Of a stretch of DNA of 64,000 nt, positions 14,803 to 34,647 are shown one piece after another. Origin of the DNA: the human T2T-CHM13v2.0 reference genome, Homo sapiens; the NCBI RefSeq assembly GCF_009914755.1, contig NC_060931.1; one strand, given 5' to 3'. Below the pieces are notes generated by a model, which saw nothing but the letters and a program-made list of their open reading frames with translations, was not told the DNA's origin and searched no databases. How positions within the stretch are numbered: position 1 is the stretch's first letter; each line of letters opens with the position of its first letter. The position numbers and the translations under genes are program-made.

Positions 14803-15098
14803 TTTTTTTTTTTTTAAGACAGGGTCTCACTCTGTCATCCAGGCTGGAGTGCAGTGGCACAATCCTGGATCACTGCAACCTCGACTTCCCGGGCTCAGGT
14901 GATCTTTCCACCTCAGCCTACAGAGTAGCTAAGACTACAGGCAAGCACCACCACGCCTGGTTAATTTTTGTATTTTTTGTAGAGATGGGGTTTCACTTTG
15001 TTGGCCAGGCTGGTCTCAAACTCCTGCACTCCAAGAAATCCACCCCCCTCAGCCTCCCAAAGTGTTGGGATTACAGGCATGAGCCACCACGCCTGGCC
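14803..15098 (-). mobile_element. AluJ
   Basis: Dimeric Alu, TSD core gaaatagga. Confidence 0.95.
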
Positions 15099-16374
15099 AG
15101 GGAAATAGGATTTACACGTAACGTTTTTGGAGACATCATAAACAGTAAATCCATGGCCATGTGTTGTGGGAGGTGCAAGGGAAAAAGGAGTTTGTAGATT
15201 GTCTGGAAGTCACACTCCAGATGTTAAAATAGAAACAGAACTACAAATAGATAAAGCACTCCCCCCATAAAAGCAAAGAATAAATTCATAAAATATTACC
15301 CACTTTATATATTCCCCTCTCCCTGCCACCCCTTCTATGTTTTCACAACACTTGTGAAATTTCTGAGTTGAGAGTAGCAATCATTTTCCTCTCTCCTCTG
15401 GCCAGATGTCCCAAGATTTGTGTCTTTCTGCCTAAGTACTACTTCTAATCCGAATGGTCTGATGTATCAGTTGATTATGCCTAACATGGCAGCATGCTTA
15501 TTCAGATGTACCTTTTTTTGATAGAAATTTTTTTATTTATGAAATACGTATGCAAGAATTGTATCATATCTTTTAAAATGGCAATTTTAGCTGAGATTGA
15601 ATATCTAGCAAATATATTAGAATAATATCTTATTAACATATTTTAGAATGCTTAAGGAAATTTCAAGATTACAGATTTGCAACAGGATGTAAGAAAAATT
15701 TGGAATTCTTGGAGGTTGAAATTATAGGAAACAATCTGTTTTCTCACAGAAAGACAGTATTTGTGAGTTAAACTAAGAATAAATTGGACAATTGGTGTGG
15801 CAAAACATGGCCAGTCTTATGTTATAATATCAGAAAACACACACATACACCCACATACTCATAATATAGACCAGTGAAATTAAGGAAAAGATGAAGGAAA
15901 AATCATTCACTGATTACTCACTTTTATGTGCTTTTTGTCATTTATTAATTCTATCAGAAAACAATTATTGAGTGACCATGCAAGGCAAAATAGAAAATGA
16001 GTGTGTCCCCCAGGACAATGGAAAAACAAGGAACAAAGTGCCACAGAATCCAGGACAAGCACCTTTGAGGAAAAAAAAAAAGAGAGCTCTATAGTACCAA
16101 ATGCAGTGGAGACATTACATAAGACAGGATCCAAAAAATTAGTAATGACCATTCGATTTAGCAATAAGGAGATCAATAACGACCTCAGGGAGGGCAGTAT
16201 CAGCAGGGTGATGGAGACATAAGCCACATGAGTAGTGAGGAAGAAGAGAAAATAAAGGCAACTCTTTCAAGTTTTGCATATATTAATTTACTCAATATTG
16301 CCACCACAAATCCGTGAGACAGATATCATTGTACAGATGTAGAGTGAGTCTCAAAACTGTGTAAAATGGTTATA

Positions 16375-16900
16375 TCAGATACCTCTAGCATGCCACTTCA
16401 AATTCTCTCAGCTTCATCTCTTATTCCAGCCACTGCTACAGCAACCAGTTCTAGGCAGGCTTCAACCAGCTTCATGCAAGTGCAACCTGACAGCATCTTG
16501 TGCATCTCACCTTGGGCAGGTGCTAAGCACCCCTCACTTCTCTGACTCTGTGATGCACTTGGCACTCATACATGTACAACTCCCAAGTCCAGGGGAATTA
16601 ATGCCTGTGACACCATCCTTGACCAATGGAAGACAGGAGCCAAAAGATAAAGATTCCCATCCCCTTCATTCTTTAGGCAGAGAGTTCTGTGATGCATTTC
16701 ATAAGGTTTCTCAGAAGTCTTACAACACGAAACCCCAGTCACCCATTGTGATGGACAACACAACAAACCATCTTTGTACTGGCTTGTCTTTCTTCCTTGT
16801 TTCACCACTCCTCTTCACCACTCCTGATCCCAAATGAACTACCATGCCTGCAAGACTTTGTCTTAGGCTCTGTGTTCTAGAGAGCTCTGAGTAAGACACT
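16375..16900 (+). mobile_element. LTR16-like ERVL LTR
   Basis: 'ttattccagccactgct...ccttgaccaatggaagacaggagcc...tcttaggctctg'. Confidence 0.6.
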
Positions 16901-17039
16901 GCCAGGGACAAACACCTAATGAGTGACTGTACAGGGACTCAAACCAAAGTATATGATTCCAAACCCCATGTCCTTTTTTCTACATGATTTTTACTTTTTG
17001 ATTAAGAAAATTACTCTAGTTCCTGGCCAAAACTTTTTA

Positions 17040-17282
17040 ATCTTATGGGAGCTAAATAACGTGTACACACAGAAGCAGAGTGTGGAATAATAGACAGTGG
17101 AGACTCACGGGGGTGGTAGGTGGAGAAGGGGTAGATGATGGGAGGTTGATCGGTGGGTACAATGTGCACTGCTCCAGTGATGGATGCACTGAGGGCCCTG
17201 ACTTCACCATAATGCAATGTATCAATGCAGCAAAATTGCACTTGTACTCCACAAATATATAGAATTTTTTAAAAAATTAAAA
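17040..17282 (+). mobile_element. L1PB-like 3' end fragment
   Basis: 'gggagctaaataac...tgggtacaatgtgcact...ccctgacttcacc...cacttgtac' plus A-rich tail. Confidence 0.75.
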
Positions 17283-18261
17283 CAGAAAAAAGGTCAAAAC
17301 AGCTTAAACAGAAAAGAAGAAATAAATGTGAAGTTGAGTAGAAAAAGGACAAAGTGGAACCTGAGAAGACAAACCAGAACGCACAAGGATGAAGGTGAAC
17401 CTGTGTGGGACTCTCAATACCTTCAAGCTTCAAAATGTGATGGGATGTGTAGGTGATCTGCAGGAGAAGCTGGTGCACTCTGTTACGGGAAGCTTGAGAA
17501 GCTTAAGAAAGAGGGCTGAAAGGAGATGAAGGAGCTACGGGGCTGCTGCTGCCCCAGGCCACAAGGTAAACTAGGAGATAAGGAACAACGTGGATTATCT
17601 GTGGCTTTCTTCAAAGCCAAACTCATCTGTCTCAGGAAAAATTTTCCTGGTGCCCTCCACAGACCTTCCAAGTTTAAACAGATCACGGTTGCTGTCACAT
17701 TTCTTTTTTTTTTTCAAATCTCATGTGAAATACCTCTTGTGGCCCACAGTATTCCTGAATATGCAGAATAGGGAATCCTCAGAAAGCCAGTACCTGCTTA
17801 ACTAAATTGACACAATACAAACCCACCATACTAACTCTTTTGTTGTGTTGCCCTTCTCCATAGTAGCACCTGCAAACCTGTGTCCACGATATACCCATAT
17901 ACACACACCATAATCTAACAAGACCCCAAACACATGCCTCTATGCTTTTGTATAGACTACTTCTTCGGTCTGGAATTTCTTACCCTTAACCAGGGCCAAC
18001 TTGATCGGCATGAGATTTGCGTGTAGGCTCTTGTGTTTGCAAGACCCCAAACTTGGTTTAATGTTGTGCTGTCACTGTCTTGTAATTCTTAATATTACAA
18101 GGTACTCCAAGTTGCCATTTTGCACTGGGGCCCATAAATTCAACATCTGATGTTGTCCCAGTCTAGCCCTCATCTTTCTGGCAGATTTGCTTCTTCAAAG
18201 CCAAATTTACCTGTCATTTGCTCAGGGAAAATTTTCCTGCCCAACAACTCTATCACTCTAA

Positions 18262-18301
18262 ACACACAGAAACACACACACACATACACACACACACACA
18301 C
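18262..18301 (+). repeat. imperfect (CA)n microsatellite
   Basis: acacacagaaacacacacacacatacacacacacacac. Confidence 0.9.
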
Positions 18302-18568
18302 CAGTTAAACAAAAAATCCTTCCTCTGAACTGTGGCTTTTAACTACTGCTTTGAACTTATCACTATGAAAGATCATTGTTTATTTTCCCAACTTAACTGT
18401 AAGTTCTTAAAGTGGCTCTCATCTTTGTATTCCTGTGCCCAGCACAAAACTCAGCACATTATGTCAGTTGAGTTAAAAAAAAAAAAAAGTAAAAACTTTA
18501 AAAATAAAAATTTATTAAAAAACAGCAGCTTTCTTATTTGTGCAAAAATCTTAAACCATCTTTTGAGG

Positions 18569-19377
<809 letters not shown>

Positions 19378-20294
19378 CTGCACTTAGCCAAGCCTTAAAG
19401 TATTTACAGAACCAGGAAGGAACCATCTATACCAATTCTAAGTTAAGTTGGACTAAACAAGGTCTTATTAATAGCAAACGATAATTGAAATCCCAAACTT
19501 ACAAGGTTTTCAACAAAAGTAAAGTTTGCTAAAAGTTAACAGTGTAACATGTATTATCCTAACCTCTAATCTTGTGGCCTTAGACACTCTAGACCGCAGA
19601 CATGAAGGAAGTTTGTTTTGGAAAAGAATGGTTATCATCTTTGAAAAAAAAAAAGTGGGGGTAGGGAGAATTTATGTAAAAAGAATGTTATATGGTAAAT
19701 TCTTGTCCTGAAGTAAATTAACTGGTTGTTTAAAGAAAGGGATGTTCGCAACAAGTCAGAAAGTTGAGGCCTGTCAAAGAATTGTCTGTGAAAGTCATGA
19801 AAAAAAAAGTGTGTTATAAAAGGGAATTTATGCAAGAAATGTTGTATAATTTAAAAGTAATCAGGCCTCCAGAATGTAAAACTATTGAAGAAACAGTTTA
19901 TGTGCAAAGTGTATAAGGAAAGTAAAATATACTTTTGGTAAAAGGATTATAAGGAGGCATAAGAATGTATGGATTTTTACCTACATTAAAGGGTTAAAAA
20001 AATTTTTTTTGTTTTGAAGGTTTAAGCAAGTTTTGAAATGTTAATTATAAAGGAAATTCTCTGTGTAAACATATTGCTTTAAGTTAGGGTATCATCCAGT
20101 TTTTCTGTGAACTGGACATTAAAATAAAAGCATAACGGGTTTTTCTTAAAGCACTAACCTGCTTTTTAACAAAAATTATAAAAAGTTAAAAAGAGTCTAT
20201 AAAAATCTTACCTTATGGTCAGACATTAAAATTGGATAAATATGTCTATAAGGTTTTATTAAAATTGAGTTTAATATTAATAACACACTAATAT

Positions 20295-20607
<313 letters not shown>

Positions 20608-21049
20608 CTAATATAAAGGTGACATTTAGCTTATCTGGTATAAAAATCATACAGGAAGCATTGTGAAATATAAAATGGTGTTTGGCTTTCTTTGGTCTAA
20701 AAACTAACAAAAATAGGTGCTAAAGGAAATTTCTCAGTAAGAAGGCACCAAGAACTATAAAGTCCACTGCTGATGTCCCCACATTTAAAACAAAAGATCA
20801 ATTTCTTAGAAATTATATACTTGGTTTATCTTCCACTTTCCTTTCCCTCAAAACTAAAAGTCTTTTAGCACATGTACCACCCCTAGAATTTCCGGTAAAC
20901 GAGCACCAGCCTGAGGATCACGTTCTCATCAAAGGATGGAAAGAAGGAAAACTCGAGCCAGCCTGGGAAGGACCCTACCTTGTGCTGCTAACCACCAAGA
21001 CTACTGTTTGTACAGTGGAAAGGGGATGGACTCATCACACCTGAGTCAA

Positions 21050-22800
21050 GAAAGCGCCACCCCCTCCAGAGTCGTGGGCCATGGTCCCTGGGGAAAACCC
21101 TACCAAACTAAAGCTAAGAAAAATTTAACTCTCTTTCATCTATTCTATTACTCTTTCTTCTTCCCTCGCTCTATTGCTGACCATCTAGTTATAACATAAC
21201 CAAGTCAATTTCTCCTCAAACTATTACATTTGATGCTTGCCTTGTTATACCCTGTGGGGACTTGCCAAGTCAAAGACAGCTCTCTACTTCAGAAAAGTAC
21301 CGCTGTCCCTCCTGACTCTCCTCAGACTGGGCCTTAGTAAATTGGGACCATTTAATCTGGGGAGATTTCGATAAAGACTCCAGTGTCAACCAGGAGTCTT
21401 GCCCCCCGATGTAGAGCTTTTATGCTGTAGTTGGTCCAGCAATCAGTGGGCAAGGATGGACTGCCCCAACCAGTTTTTGTAATTTCCTAAAACCATACAT
21501 TCATTTCCCTAGAGGATCGTAGAAGTTAAAGACTTAAAACAAACTTTGGCAATTAAGACAGGATACCAAGATTCAAATGCCTGGTTGGAATGGATCAAAT
21601 ATTCCATCCAAACGTTAAACAAAAGCAATTGTTATGCTTGTGTGCACAGCAGGCCAGAGGCCCAGACTGTCCCCTTTCCACCAGGGTGGTCCTCCAGTCG
21701 ATCACATGTGGATTTCCAGGATTCTACGGCCTGGAGTAACAAGTTGTGCCAAGCTCTCTCTCTGCTATATCCCAAAGTCCAGCACCCTGTGGGTCAGCCC
21801 CTGAGGGTCATCCAGCTTCTGTCTCCCAACACTCAGTTCACTTTGTGTCTCTCACAACAGGGAGGAAACTTAGCGTTCCTTGGAGACCTGAAGGGATGCA
21901 GTGAGCTTAAGAATTTTCAAGAGCTTATCAATCAGTCAGCCCTTGTTCATCCCTGAGTGGATGTCTGGTGGTATTGTGGTGGACCTTTACTGGACACTCT
22001 GCCAAATAACTGGAGTGGCACTTGTGCTTTAGTCCAGCTGGCCATCCCTTTCACCCTGGCATTTCATCAACCAGAGGAAAGAAAAATAAGACATCATAAG
22101 GCAAGAGAAGCCCCTTAAGGGTCTCTCGACTCTCACGTCTATTTAGACACAATTAGAGTCCCACGGGGAATACCAGGTCAATTTAAAGCCCAAAATCAAA
22201 TAGCTGCAGGATTTGAGTCAATATTTTGGTGGGTGACAATTAATAAAAATGTAAATGGATAAACTGCATCTACTACAACCAACAGTGATTTATTAACTAC
22301 ACTAGAGATGCTGTTAAAGGAATAGCTGAGCAATTAGGGGCTACAAGCCAGATGGCTTGGGAAAATAGGACAGCCTTAGACATGATATTAGCAGAAAGAG
22401 GAGATGTTTGCATCATGATTAAAACTCAATGTTGTACCTTCATCCCAAACACCGCCACCCCTGATGGAAGTATAACAAAGACATTGGAAGGTCTGACTGC
22501 TCTGTCCAATGAGTTAACCAACAACTCAGGGGTAAATGACCCCTTTACAGGCTAGAAAAGTGGTTCAATAAATGGAAAAGAATAATAGCCTCAATTCTTA
22601 CTCCCCTCATAGCTGTAATGGGTGTACTTATTCTTGTCAGGTGCTGTGTCACACCATGCATCTGTGGGTTGGTGCAGAGGCTCATAAAAATGGCAGCTAC
22701 TAAAACCTCCCTCAGCTATCCTCCGCCTTATCCAGAGAAGCTTCTTCTTTTGGAAAATCAAGCAAAACAACTAAGCCAAGACATGTTAAAAAAAAGTTTG
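21050..22800 (+). pseudogene. gammaretrovirus-like env pseudogene
   Basis: CxxC (NCYAC) in ORF 21546-21956; ISU-like WENRTALDMILAERG and CX6CC (CIMIKTQCC) in ORF 22352-22555; TM segment near 22600; several stops and frameshifts. Confidence 0.9.
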
Positions 22801-22837
22801 AAAAGAAAGAGCTGTAAGAAAATGCAAGAGGAAGGGT

Positions 22838-23290
22838 TGTTAGATATGAGTTCTAAATTCTTTTCAAAGAATCAATATGTCAGTATGTTCAATTCTTTGC
22901 CTTCTAGTTTTAAACTTAACTTCCTCATAAAGCAACTTTTTTGATTACCTGCTCCACCCTGGTTCATTCTAATTACCTGTTCCACCCTCATTCTGATTAC
23001 CTGCTACCTGCCCCACCCTAACTCATTCTCCACCCTGCATAACCATTTTTCCTGCCAAACCACTCACCCCATCACTCTCTTTAAGTTAGCCAATCGGAAT
23101 TAGTTTAGCCTGTGTGGTCTAACCCTAGCCAGTAGGGGAACGACACAGCAGCAGGGTCCATGTGCCTCAGGGATAAGAACCGCTCCCACTCCCTTGTCCA
23201 AGTGTGCGCTCACCATTGCTCCATCTGTAAGGGCACACTCTTCTGTAGAAGTACCTTGCCTTGCTGAGAATTAAAAAGAAATTTTTTTTT
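22838..23290 (+). mobile_element. LTR10F U3-R (no U5), followed by an A-rich tail
   Basis: Start TGTTAGATATGAGTTCTAAAT...; internal VNTR; CCAAT near 23090; ATTAAA at 23270-23275. Confidence 0.85.
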
Positions 23291-23311
23291 AAAAAAGGAA
23301 ATTAAAAAAAA

Positions 23312-23575
23312 GAAAATGCATTTAATACATCTAACCTACCAAACATCATAGTTGAGCCTAAAAACATTTTCAGAACAATTACATTAGCCTACAGTTGGGC
23401 AAAATCATCTAACACATCTATATTATAAAATATAGAAGCATATTTTATAATAAAGTGTTGAATACCTCATGTAATTTATTCAATAAATGATCATGTCATA
23501 ATATGCATATCACTTTTGCACCATTGTAATGTCAAAAAATCATAAGAAGAGCTAACATAAGTTGGGACTGTCTGC
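23312..23575. mobile_element. Tigger4/MER46 (Zombi) DNA transposon fragment, one end missing
   Basis: 'aaaatgcatttaatacatctaacctacc...cctacagttgggcaaaatcatctaacac...gttgggactgtctg'. Confidence 0.75.
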
Positions 23576-24179
23576 ATATAACAGGGAAGATTAAATGACT
23601 CTTTAGCAAAGTTTTAAAAAGAAGCTTGCAATGTATCTTCACTTAGGATGGAGGTCTGAAAATCTTGTAGAATTAATTCCTTTCTTTTTCTGCTTAGGAA
23701 CAAACAGAAAAAGGTTATTATAGAGTATACAAGCTGCTGCATTTTACGATTTAAAAACAACAGCAGGGGAAGAGACCTGAGATACATTTTTCCAGATGCT
23801 GTTTGTCATTCACATAGCATAAAATAATTCTTTGAACATCAGGCATGGTTTAACTCAGTATCATTTCCAACCTAGGAGAGATGACCTGCATATCAAGATT
23901 TTAATTCATTGAGTCACAATGCAAATCAGAGAGGGTAGAACATTATGGCACGCTATGTGGACAGGCATTGCTTTAGCAAACCTAGGGAGAAATAAAATCA
24001 TCCCACTTCTTAAGACTTACAGCTCTGGTGTAAAAGCCAGTCACCTTGTTCATGTGTTGAAATCAATGATATTTGCAATAAAAAGATTATTTAATCAGAT
24101 TGTTAACAGCTGAATAAGCTTTTACCAAATAGTCCTTTTCTTTCCAAGTTTTATATAATATGGCTTTTAGAATTTTCCC

Positions 24180-24572
<393 letters not shown>

Positions 24573-24601
24573 CTAATCCCCTTACCTAAAAAAGCTCATT
24601 T

Positions 24602-24982
<381 letters not shown>

Positions 24983-25199
24983 CTAGGGACCCAGGAAGAG
25001 TGTTTCAAGGAGCTGTATCAACTGTTAGGTCAAAGTGATACTGATGATCAACTTGAATTCACAAACAGAGGTCACTGATAAAACCTTAACAGAAGCGTTT
25101 TTAGTGGAGTGGTGAGGATAAAATCTGACCAGAGTTGGGTAATAAACTTGAAAGAAGTAAAATTTAGTATAATTATTTTTAGCTTTTTTGGGGGGGAAC

Positions 25200-25786
25200 T
25201 GCTCTAGTTTGAATGTATGTCCCCCGCAAACCTCATGAAATTTAATCCCCACTGGGCACAGAGGCATGTCTGTAATCCCAGCTACTAGGAAGGCTCAACG
25301 GGGAGGATTACTTGAGGCCAGGAGGCTGCAGTGCACTGTTTGTGCCTTTGAATAGCCACTGCACTACAGCCTGGGCAACATAGCAGGACTCAGTGTCTAA
25401 AAGCGGATTAAAAAAAAAGGAAAAAGAAATCTGATCCCTAATGTTGGAGGTGGTGCTTAATGGGAGGTGTTTGGGTAATAAAACAGATTCCTCATGAATG
25501 GTTTCATGTAGTCCTCTCAGTAATGAGTGAGTTCTCACTCTATTTGCTCCCAAAAGAGCTGGTCATTAAAAAGAACCTACCACTTCCCCCTTCTCTCTTG
25601 CTTCTTGTCTATGTGATCTCTGCACACACCAGCTACCCTTCGCCTTCTATCATGAGTGGAAGCAGCCTGAGGCTTTCACCAGATGTCCAATCTTCCAGCC
25701 AACAGAATCACGAGCAAAATAACCCTTTTTTTAATGTATAAATTACGCAGTTTCAGGTATTCATTTATAGCAACAGAGTAAGACAA
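25200..25786 (+). mobile_element. MST-family MaLR solo LTR containing a FRAM/Alu right-arm insert (about 25253-25430)
   Basis: 'tgctctagtttgaatgtatgtcccc' through 'tttatagcaac...taagaca'. Confidence 0.8.
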
Positions 25787-25946
25787 GTACCTACTGGGAA
25801 GCATATATAAATTATGAAAACTGCAAATTTTTAAATACATGTAAATACTACCCAAGGATATCTGTATTTAAATGCAGCTTTGCCTGCAGACTTCATTAAC
25901 ATGAGAAACAAAGGCAGCAGTCTGTTTTCTGAATGAAGCATAGTAG

Positions 25947-26257
25947 GGCCAGGAGTAGTGACTCTCGCCTGTAATCCCAACACTTGGAGAGGCCAAGGCA
26001 GGCGGATCGCCTGTGGTCAGCAGTTTGAGACCAGCCTGGCCAACATGGCGAAACTGTCTACCAAAAATACAAAAATTAGCCAGGCATTGTGGTGGGCACC
26101 TGTAATCCCAGCTATTCAGGAGGCTGAGGCAGAATAGCTTGAACTCAGGAGGCAGAGGTTGCAGTGAGCAGTGAGCCAAGATCACGCCACGGCACTCCAG
26201 CCTGGGTGACAGAACAAGACTCAGTCTCAAAAAAAAAAAAAAAAAAAAAAAAAAAAA
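25947..26257 (+). mobile_element. AluSx-like
   Basis: Dimeric Alu with long poly(A). Confidence 0.95.
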
Positions 26258-26556
26258 GCACAAGCACAATTCTAAACATTCAAAGAAAAAAAGTGTGTTA
26301 TCTTTCGTGGCAGCATTGGTATCTGATGCATTTGTAAATGACAATTTCTTTAGATTGCCATTGAAGTTTCTTAAATAGCAGTAATAGTTTCTTCATTAAG
26401 ACATATCCTATTTCATGCCAAACTTCATATGTATTCTTACATTGCAAAGTCCAAGGATAGACACAAAGTAGAAAGATACTACTCAAAGAATTTTTAAGGA
26501 TGCATAAAATGATCCTCAATTCTAGAAAACGTTATTACTAATTTCTTAATGTAGCA

Positions 26557-26562
26557 TTTATT
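26557..26562 (-). terminator. candidate distal poly(A) signal AATAAA for a long NDUFA4 3'UTR
   Basis: tttatt on + strand about 1.67 kb after the stop; would give an mRNA of about 2 kb, in line with my recollection of a long isoform. Confidence 0.5.
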
Positions 26563-26654
26563 TGGAGTTGCTTAATGTTTTTCAATTACATGACACACTG
26601 TTTGTTTACACAATTTTAAACTTTGAGGTAATTTGTGCCAAAGGATCTAGAGTA

Positions 26655-26878
26655 ATTCTCAACAGAGGTAGGAATGGAGCAATTTTGCCCACCAATGGAC
26701 ATTTGGTAATGTCTCCATTCTTCTCATAGCCTGTGGGAATTGGAGGGAAAGAGTGCTTTTTGTCTGTAGTGGCAGAGCCCAAGTTAGCTACTAAACAAGC
26801 TAAAGCGCATGGGATGGTCTGCTAAACCAAACTGTCTTTCAGAAATAGTCAACAGTGGCAAGGTTGAGAAACCCTGTT
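26655..26878. mobile_element. MER20-like hAT element
   Basis: 'ttctcaac...gacatttggtaatgtct...aaggttgagaaaccctg'. Confidence 0.65.
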
Positions 26879-27279
26879 CTTAGAGGTTCAAATTATACCT
26901 GACACATAGGAGGTAAAAGCATGGAGTCTGGTAACTGAAAACACTCTACACACTCTAAATTCAAAACTACATGGGTGTAAATATCCACCATTTGACTAAC
27001 AGAATGAATTCAAGTAATTCAACTCGTTTAACAATTTCAAAATTTTTGAGATAATCCACGTAATTCAAATACTTAGTTCAGTTCCTGACATTTAAAATGT
27101 GCTTCTACTACCCTGTAAACATTTAATTGTATACTTACGTATGAAAATCCAAAATTAATGTCACTGAATTCCTCAAGTTTCTATGATGTGATGACTTACA
27201 CACACCTATGTGAAAACTTGCTATATTCCCCATCTTAAAATTATGAATATACTTCCTGGCCTTTGAAAATCTGCACCAT

Positions 27280-27581
27280 GGCTAAGCGCAATGGCTCACG
27301 CCTGTAATCCCAGCACCCTGGGAGGCTGAGGAGAATGGATCGCTTGAGCTCAAGAGTTTGAGACCAGCCTGGGCAACATGGCAAAACCCTGTCTCTAAAA
27401 AAAATTACAAAAATTAACTGGGCATGGTGGCACATACCTGTAGTCCCGGCTACTTAGGGGCTGAGGCAGGAGGATCACTTAAGCCCGGGAGGTAGAGGCT
27501 GCAGTGATCCATGTTTGTACCACTGCACTCCAGCCTGGGTGACAGAGACTATCTCAAAAAAAAAAAAAAGAAAAAAGAAAA
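27280..27581 (+). mobile_element. AluJb-like, antisense within the long NDUFA4 3'UTR
   Basis: Dimeric Alu; TSD gaaaatctgcacc/gaaaacctgcacc. Confidence 0.95.
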
Positions 27582-28061
27582 GAAAACCTGCACCCTGCAC
27601 CAACACTCAGCAGCCAAAATTCTCAAGATCTCTTGACTACTAGCACCATGGTTAGCACTGATAAACTCAGATTTCAACTTCAATCCTAGGACCAAAGCAA
27701 CTTATAACCTTGAAAATCACAACAAAGAGATGCCAAGTAAAAACCATTGTTAAAAACTGCACACACTTCAACAGCCAGTAAGAGAAACTCAAAGGTTTCC
27801 ATTTTGCCAGTGTCAGATGCTGGAGTATCCTTCCCAATTTACTTTTGTATAATTTCCAGTTCCAGTTGTTATGTATGCTCTAGTGAAGTTACCAACAGTC
27901 TATACACAAAATGGAAGTGTTTTACTAAAGCAGCTTAAAGTCGTATTTTCAAACTACAGAAATTCAAGAAATTCTTTAAATTCTAATAGTTAATTTCCTA
28001 TACTCTAAAGTTCAGAGCATACTTTCAGCATAAAAAAGTGACACATATCAAGTTTCAGTTA

Positions 28062-28067
28062 TTTATT
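28062..28067 (-). terminator. NDUFA4 proximal poly(A) signal AATAAA
   Basis: tttatt on + strand about 160 nt after the stop codon; GU/U-rich element (GTGTCACTTTTTT) about 25 nt further downstream. Confidence 0.85.
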
Positions 28068-28164
28068 GATTTAATCATTGTAATCTCCAATAGAGATTAC
28101 AATAGAGATCTCCAACATGATTTCATGCATTTAGAGGAGAAATATTTCCTGGTTAAGTGGAAAA

Positions 28165-28184
28165 TTGTGCGGATGTGGCTTCTG
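28165..28184 (-). promoter_or_regulatory. miR-147b / miR-210 target site in NDUFA4 3'UTR
   Basis: mRNA CCGCACAA is an 8mer match to the miR-147b seed (UGUGCGG) and a 7mer-A1 match to miR-210 (UGUGCG); both miRNAs are reported NDUFA4 regulators. Confidence 0.85.
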
Positions 28185-28227
28185 GAAGACCTTCATTCTA
28201 AAGCAGCGTTATAGTGAAACATTTCAT

Positions 28228-34647
<6,420 letters not shown>

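Noticed and set aside
21546-22944. Env ORFs as a possible domesticated syncytin/suppressyn-like gene
   Set aside because: Broken by several stops and frameshifts, the longest piece is 136 aa, and there is no 5' LTR promoter
22943-23036. Short repeated units resembling a CRISPR-like array
   Set aside because: Tandem LTR10 VNTR with no unique spacers, in eukaryotic DNA with no cas genes
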